64,000 bases of DNA, taken from Bigelowiella natans CCMP2755 (lineage: Eukaryota; Protista; Cercozoa). The stretch covers positions 33,061 through 97,060 of the forward strand of contig ADNK01000041.1 of NCBI GenBank assembly GCA_000320545.1, given 5' to 3'. Numbering within the stretch: the stretch's first letter is position 1; the number at the start of each line of letters is the position of its first letter. The translations under genes were made by a program, and so were the position numbers. Below are positions 57,756 through 64,000 of this stretch, piece by piece. A model generated the notes under the pieces. That model was not told where the DNA came from. It did no database searches and saw only the letters and a list, made by a program, of their open reading frames with translations.

Positions 57756-58245
57756 TGAAAATAAAATAAATAGTATTTTTGGTTGAATCAAATTTGAATG
57801 TCTTCTTTCTAGGTCGTTACTGGAAGCTACGACGACTATTTTGTGGCTTATGATCTTCTTCATGACCGGAAAAAGTGGTTGCAGGTAATTGAGATCAATA
57901 GGATGTACAAGTCTTAGCTTAATTCTGTGATATCTTCCTTCAGGCACGCCATGCACATGACTTTCTTTCTGCCGAAATGCCAAGAATGTCGGAGACTGGA
58001 AGAAAAGTACTGCATGTCGATTGGCATGATGAAAGGTTCTACTCCAAGTCTCACAGAATACTCAGAATACAAAATCACGTTGTTTTTCCAGATTTAGATT
58101 GCTTAACTCTTTTGTGCATACCAGGGACATAATTACGGTTGCCTCGTCACATTCTGTGTACGTGTACGAAAAAAAGGTAGGTGCTGAGCCGGAAACTATG
58201 GAGTCAAAAAGCAACATGCATTATACTTGACAGTGGAAGCCTTGA
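55783..58245 (+). CDS. Divergent PP2A B55/PR55-type WD40 regulatory subunit
   Basis: WHLIQAIG, DYVTSLQLDPSGNYIAIGDSQGRIGIF, QFYEEFVSHHPDFDTL, LATNEKTIKLW, DGEMFISSDELMLNLWHL, IVTRNFSNVRLWDL, VVTGSYDDYF and IITVASSHSVYVY are colinear with B55. Confidence 0.85.
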
Positions 58246-58992
58246 GCTAATTTGAATTTCAACAGATTCGCATGATGCCACACGCACAATAGCAAAACAT
58301 CACTGAACATGTGTTGTCGTACGTACAAGTAGTGATTTGTTCTGCTTACGACACAGCGCATCGATTCTAATGTGTGCACATTGCGCAGCAGCCCTACATT
58401 ATCTAACGCATCCAGATGGGCAGCAATGAAATCGCTTCTAGCGCTTGCGCATGCATGCGCGGAAACATGTCTGGCATGTGTGTACGCATGGCCACATTTT
58501 CACTTTTAGAGATGCACCTATGCTTGCATGCTAGCATGCAGTCACATCTAGACATGACTTGCTAGCTTGTGAAGATGTGATAGACATGCAATGCACCACA
58601 TTGCTGTGTCCATTGTGGATCAACGCAACACATGCAATTTTGATGGACGTCAAGGTGCGCATTTTGAGGAGGCCACCGACACACCTGTCTAGCTGTGCTT
58701 GTCTAGATTTAGACATCATTTTGCACTAGTGCAGGCTAGCTAGCTAGCTAGCTAGCTAGCTAGCAGGCACGCGAAATTGCAAGTCACAACGAACATCAAA
58801 CAGAACCCACAGGGCTGGCTAGCTGGAGGGCTCTGCTGGTTGTGTGCAAGCTAGCAAGATGCAAGTCCATCTGTGCAGTCTTTCAACATCTGTAGTCTGC
58901 TAGCTAGCTAGTCTGGATAGCTGGGCACATCCAGACATGCTACAGCATAGTGCAAATTTTGTTTCATGTGTGTGTGTTTCACACGTGCACTT

Positions 58993-59036
<44 letters not shown>

Positions 59037-59469
59037 TGGCACGCACTAGCGCATGGACGACTGCTAGTGCGCATGCGTACAGACACAAATCTGAAATGGA
59101 GATTTTGCACCTGCTGCCTGCCTAGCCATGTTAGTCGCACACAATCATCAGGCTAGCAGGGGCCATACATAGCATGTACTAGATGGGGCTCTGAGATCAT
59201 GCACCCATCCATCTACGCATTTCTAGACTTTCTAGACATCAAATGATGACACGATGCGATGGGCAGTGGGCATCACAACATGCATGCTGTTCGAGGAATT
59301 CGACGAGCATGGCACACATACACCATCGCGACCCGCGACCCAATGCGCACATGTTTGCACTGGCATAGCCCACATACCAATAGCCATGCTAGCATATCTA
59401 GCTGTACATTCTGCTCCCACATAGACATGATCATCACGTACACCTTGTTTGTACCGCCATGTAAGTGGA
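58246..59469. other. Convergent spacer enriched in CTAG/AGCT/TGCA/CATG
   Basis: CATGCTAGCATG at 58527, CACATCTAGACATG at 58543 and (GCTA)7.5 at 58735. Confidence 0.8.
58735..58764. repeat. (GCTA)n self-complementary microsatellite
   Basis: 7.5 perfect units. Confidence 0.95.
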
Positions 59470-61558
59470 TTAAAAGACGCTTCGAGCTGCTTTGGCGGCC
59501 GCATCTCTGACACGCTCGGCTTTGATACGTTGGTTCCTTTCTATTTCCTGCTTTCGCTCCAATTTTAGTTTACCGGTTTCATTGTGTTGATTTCCATTAT
59601 GTTGATGAAGAGCATGATCCCATTCAACCTACACAATTGGCAAGAGTTGTATTTCTTCATGTTGATGCGTTTATTCGTGTTGATGTTATTCAAATTCTAC
59701 TGAGTAACCTTAAATCCCAAAGAATCTATATCTTTCACCGTGACAAACTGATCCTCATTAGGATCATCATCTATGTGCTCATGATGTTCTCGCATCAGAT
59801 AATCAGTGTAGTAGACAGCTTTATGGTCGGGCTCAGGCTTCCAGTGTAAGGAAAGATATTTCTCGGTTTCAGGGCGATATCTGTAAGCGAAAATATTCAT
59901 CTCTTGCTATCACAGCCATCAGATATATTTAGTGTAACTTACACTCCCAGTCCAGTCTTCTTGTTGAGTTCATATTTCTTCCTCTGTGCCTGGTAGTGTT
60001 CCTTATCTGTCCTCCGCATTTTCATTAAAGTGTACATGCCTTTTGCTCTATGAAGGCGGTCACCACGTGCGAGATCACGATTGTAATGTGCCAACCTCTG
60101 CCTTATGCTATAGTGTGTTTGGGTCCTGGAAAAATCATTTTTATCAGAGTTCCTGTTTTTATGTTCCTCCATGCATTCAGTACCGATACATGTCGTTGAA
60201 GTTCTCCATTCCATGTTTCCCCGTGTAATGAACAGCTACCTCTTGGTTTGTATGCTTAAGAGCAACCTCTTCCCATCCCTGTTACATAGAAATCAAATCA
60301 GGGCAAACTTTTGTCAAAATGGAAAAATATGCAAACCTTGTACTCTGGAAGCTTTACTTCGCCATTTTCCCCTTTCTCGAATTCAATCAGATCCTTTGGT
60401 ATTTCTTCTACTTTATCCTTCAGAACCTGGGGAAAACTGGTCGGTAATTCGAAAAAATGACTATAGACGATTCTCTAGGACCTTTATTTTTCCTCTGCTT
60501 TTCTCGACGTAAATGTCTTCAATGAGAGCTTCCACGTCCCACTCTTTTGATATCTTGTTCCAGTACCTAAAATTGTAATATCCCTCACAGCGTGCTCAAT
60601 GTAAGTTGTTTTCAAGAAGATTTTCCGATTACAGAAATTTATCCGCCTGTGGAAATTGCTTCTGATAGTCCTTGAACAGTTTTGGTCCATCAACCGCATT
60701 GTTTCCCGTCGGAACATAGTCCTTCTCAGGCTAATCATGCAACCCGGGTTGAGAAGAAAATGGTAGGATGCAAAGTTTTCTACAGAATATTTTGTGTATT
60801 ACCTCAGGCTCTTCTTCTCCATCCGATGGGGCATCTGGATCTGGAGCCTTTGAATCTGAACAAATGTGATAGAATCTTGAGAAATTGTGGAAGGCCTCCT
60901 AGCTGTAAGAATACCATGAGTCCAGAGAAGTTTAGGTACGTGCTTGAGCTCTGCTGTTGCCTCTGGGTTACCCTGAATAGCAAATATTTAGCTTTTGTTT
61001 TGAACATGTGAGGTGAAAATGTTACCCTCGTCGTCCATGTTTTCCCCAAGTGAGTCGGTAAAATCTGATAGAAGAGCCATGAGTCATTATGAAAGACAGA
61101 TCAAAAAGTTCAGCTAACATAGACTTCTTACCGTTGTGACGGGATGATGCTTCTTCAAATGCTCATACCTTTTTCCAAAACAATGAATTTCATTGACTAT
61201 TTAATACTGACGATTCATGTCCAATCTTACAGGCATTTTTGCTTGAACTTGTCAGTTCCTATGCTCTTCATCTTCATTGTAAATACTTCCTTCCTCCTCT
61301 GAACAAACATTTGTTTGAACCACACTGGATAAAATCTTTTAAAAATTTGAAAGGAGAACCTTTTTCTGTGATTTTGTAAGCTTCTTCCTCGATTTACCCT
61401 GATAGAATGTGAGTAAGTAAAATAATTGCGGCTCGCTCACACCATTTGTTGAGTTGTTGACTTACATCTTTGTGGTCGTCCTCTTCCACCCAGTCGCTAT
61501 CAGAACTATCAGAGTCCTCCTTCTTTTTTTCAACCTTCGCACTTGCACCTCCCCCCAT
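59470..61558 (-). CDS. Hypothetical protein with N-myristoylation motif, about 12 exons
   Basis: Starts MGGGASAKVEKKKEDSDSSDSDW. Exons such as EAFHNFSRFYHIC.., LYWNKISKEWDVEALIEDIY and VEWDHALHQH...AARSVF* are in consistent phase. Confidence 0.65.
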
Positions 61559-62276
61559 ATATTAATACGATATCTGTCTTCTTATGTTATGAGGACTGTG
61601 TAATATTTGAATGAAAGATTGCTCGAAGGGGCTCCTCCCATTGAATGGGAGGTTTCAGAAAGTACTTCGGTTACCACCAACACTTGAATCCCGGTATTTG
61701 ACGAATTTTAACAAAAAACCAGGAGATTAAGACTCTCCGACTTCCATAAGGCCACTATTCAACAATAAAGAAGTCACTTTCGACATCGAGGACGGGTAAA
61801 GTTACGTTCTCTGGTCGGTGAAAAGTTGTCTAACCCAATACGAAGTTGTTGTTATTGTTGCTTTTTGTTCGATAAAGCAGGCAGGCAGGCCACGTGTCCA
61901 TCCTCCAGCTACCATGGCGGCTCTGGTGGGATCTACGACGAACGCGCGGCGATCTTAGCAAAGCCATTCATTGTGGAGATTAGAATAGAGCGCTACTATG
62001 CGATGTGCAGCGCGTATGCGGTGCATAACGTCTTTGCCAGCTCCAGAGTTCTGAAATGAGTTTGCGTGGATCAGGCTGAAACTCCAAAATTTTGGGCGAA
62101 GATATCTGCCGTGGTTCTTTGGGTGAGTTTGTTATAACCTCGACGGTCTTCATGAAAGGATCATTTGAATGTGCATCGTCAGATTTCGGCAGTATTCTAT
62201 GTTCTCCAAGACCACGGGTAAAATATTTAGCATCAAACTGCATCTGGTGGCGGTGGCTTGGCAGTCATCTTTATTC

Positions 62277-62320
<44 letters not shown>

Positions 62321-62351
62321 GCTTTCTGTAAAATAAAATCAAAGTCCTAGG

Positions 62352-63890
62352 ATGATGGGCGCGGAGTTCGAAATCGTACCTGGCATTTTCGAGCATCGGA
62401 CTGCAGGAACGGTGGGGAAAGGACAACTAAATCATCGTTGCATTTTTTTCAATAAGGCCTATTCTTAATCCCTACAGGAAAGGGAAAGCTTTTTTGCGGC
62501 CGCCCCCGATGATCCAAAGTTTGGACTGATTCTCCCAAGGTTGCTCAATATATAAACGTATAGAAAACGACTACAATGTAAGTGCAGGATTGGTATTTCT
62601 TCAGTTTCAAGGACCTCCACGAAAGAATCACGGCCATGAAGAAAAAAGGAGATAAAGTCAAAGTTCTATACTTGCTCCGGTATGAGGGCTATAATTAATG
62701 AAATCAAAGGAGGAATGTAAGAGATAATCGATTCTTAATCATCTGTAGGCATGCAGAGGGTCATCATAATTCTGCAGAAAAGGAAATAAACGATCATGAT
62801 AGATGGTTCAAAGGTGCGAATACCCACTTAAATTCATCGTGAATCTATCATTTATTCTCTGCTAAGAGTTTGTGGTACACCCCCCTCTTCTACCGTCAAG
62901 ATGAAGGCGTGAAGGAGAAGTACACTGATGCTGATCTGAACGACGCTGGGATCGAACAAAGCAAGGCACTACTTGAATTTCATCTTAACGCTTTCCGAGC
63001 AACATCCGCTGCTCCATCTTCTATTTTCTCGCTGACAACGGCCAAACATCATGATTGAGAGTGGAAGAATATCACCTCCTCAGTTATCCGATAACTGACG
63101 ACGTTCGGTCATCTTACCGGTCGGTACTACTATCCCAGGAATTGTCCAAACGGCTGGGGAAAGCAGCAAAGCTAGGTCTTCGGGTCGAACGTTTGGTCAC
63201 AAGTCCCTTACGGCGTGCAGTGAGAACAGCAGGTATGTCCCACTTTAGTCGTACCGATAAAGAAACAAATGAAGTGGAGGGAGGGGGGGGGGGGGGGTCC
63301 AGGTCTCTGTGACGCGATGACAATCGATACGGATGCTAGATTCAGTGCCCTATTCTTGCTTCTCCACGCAGGTATCGGTTTCAATCTGACTGAAGACCGT
63401 CGGCCTGATGCCCTTGAACACTACAGAGGTTGTGTTGTTGTGACTAATTTGAGATTGCTGTCTTTAATGGAGCGCAAAGCAACCTGAGCGGATGCGTGAT
63501 GCAAAGAGCTGACATCTGTAGCAGCGACAAATCTCTCTAGCTGAGAGTAGAGCATTCCCTCCTCCCCCGCTCCCCTCCCCTCATAAACATAAAAATAAAA
63601 TAGACCTCACCGGAAGACAGGCTGTAGCAGAAGAGCTTGCTCGAGAGACAATAGGTAACACGTACTACGTATTGCTTACGTTATAGCAGTTCCCTCCTCA
63701 CTATCGTCGTCGTTTTTCCTGTTTGGAGGGCAATTGACATGTGATAAGAGACTGACAAAGACCGCATTGGCAAAGACCTTTCCGTGGGTTGATTACTCGG
63801 GTTAGAGGCAGTACTATAGTAACACCTTCTGATACTACCCCTTGGAAATAAAATACAGGCAAAGCTCTGAATATGTTCTACATCATCACG

Positions 63891-63989
<99 letters not shown>

Positions 63990-64000
63990 GAGGACGGGGA
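62352..64000 (+). CDS. Histidine phosphatase / phosphoglycerate-mutase-like (PMU1-like) protein; continues beyond the window and may have upstream exons
   Basis: FEIVPGIF, KVLYLLRHAEGHHN, YTDADLNDAGIEQ, LVTSPLRRAVRTA and ARETIG..TCDKR. Confidence 0.88.
63891..63989. repeat. Triple compound microsatellite (CA)n(TA)n(GA)n
   Basis: Direct reading, in an intron of the last gene. Confidence 0.9.

Noticed and set aside
22809-58245. Functional clustering of phosphatase regulators (Ypi1, B55), or of plastid genes
   Set aside because: The genes are far apart or have unrelated neighbours; there is no evidence beyond coincidence.
60630-60650. Possible GC-AG intron in the myristoylated-protein gene
   Set aside because: A nearby canonical GT donor (TTTCT|GTAATC) restores the frame.
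50235-62300. AT-richer, microsatellite-poor block as a viral or horizontally acquired insert
   Set aside because: It holds ordinary spliced host-type genes with the same intron style and spacer signature; no integrase, capsid or boundary repeats were seen.

Overview
Eukaryotic nuclear DNA, intron-rich and gene-dense, with many microsatellites. It most likely comes from a chlorarachniophyte (Rhizaria, Bigelowiella-like). That placement is an inference from a Ser-extended ubiquitin (MSMQIF...RGG-S), bipartite signal plus transit presequences, and short GT-AG introns. I spliced about 16 protein genes by hand, so exon boundaries are approximate. In order: ubiquitin fusion (-), CSP41a-like (+), plastid alpha/beta hydrolase (-), stand-alone AROM-type 3-dehydroquinate synthase (+), NBS1 (-), Deg/HtrA protease (+), PPR protein (-), PP1 inhibitor-3/Ypi1 (+), WDR62/MAPKBP1 (-), prolyl 4-hydroxylase (+), a small uncertain gene (-), myosin (+), Zn2Cys6 transcription factor (-), PP2A B55-like protein with a probable long N-terminal extension (+), an unknown myristoylated protein (-), and a histidine phosphatase (+). 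I found no rRNA, tRNA, CRISPR array or transposon. The main unexplained signal is architectural. Genes alternate strand almost perfectly. All seven tail-to-tail spacers are rich in self-complementary AGCT/CTAG/TGCA/CATG words, and four of them share exact motifs (CATGCTAGCATG at least 6 times, CATGTCTAGATGTG 3 times). The head-to-head spacers are mostly shorter, lack these words, and several carry E2F-like or palindromic elements.
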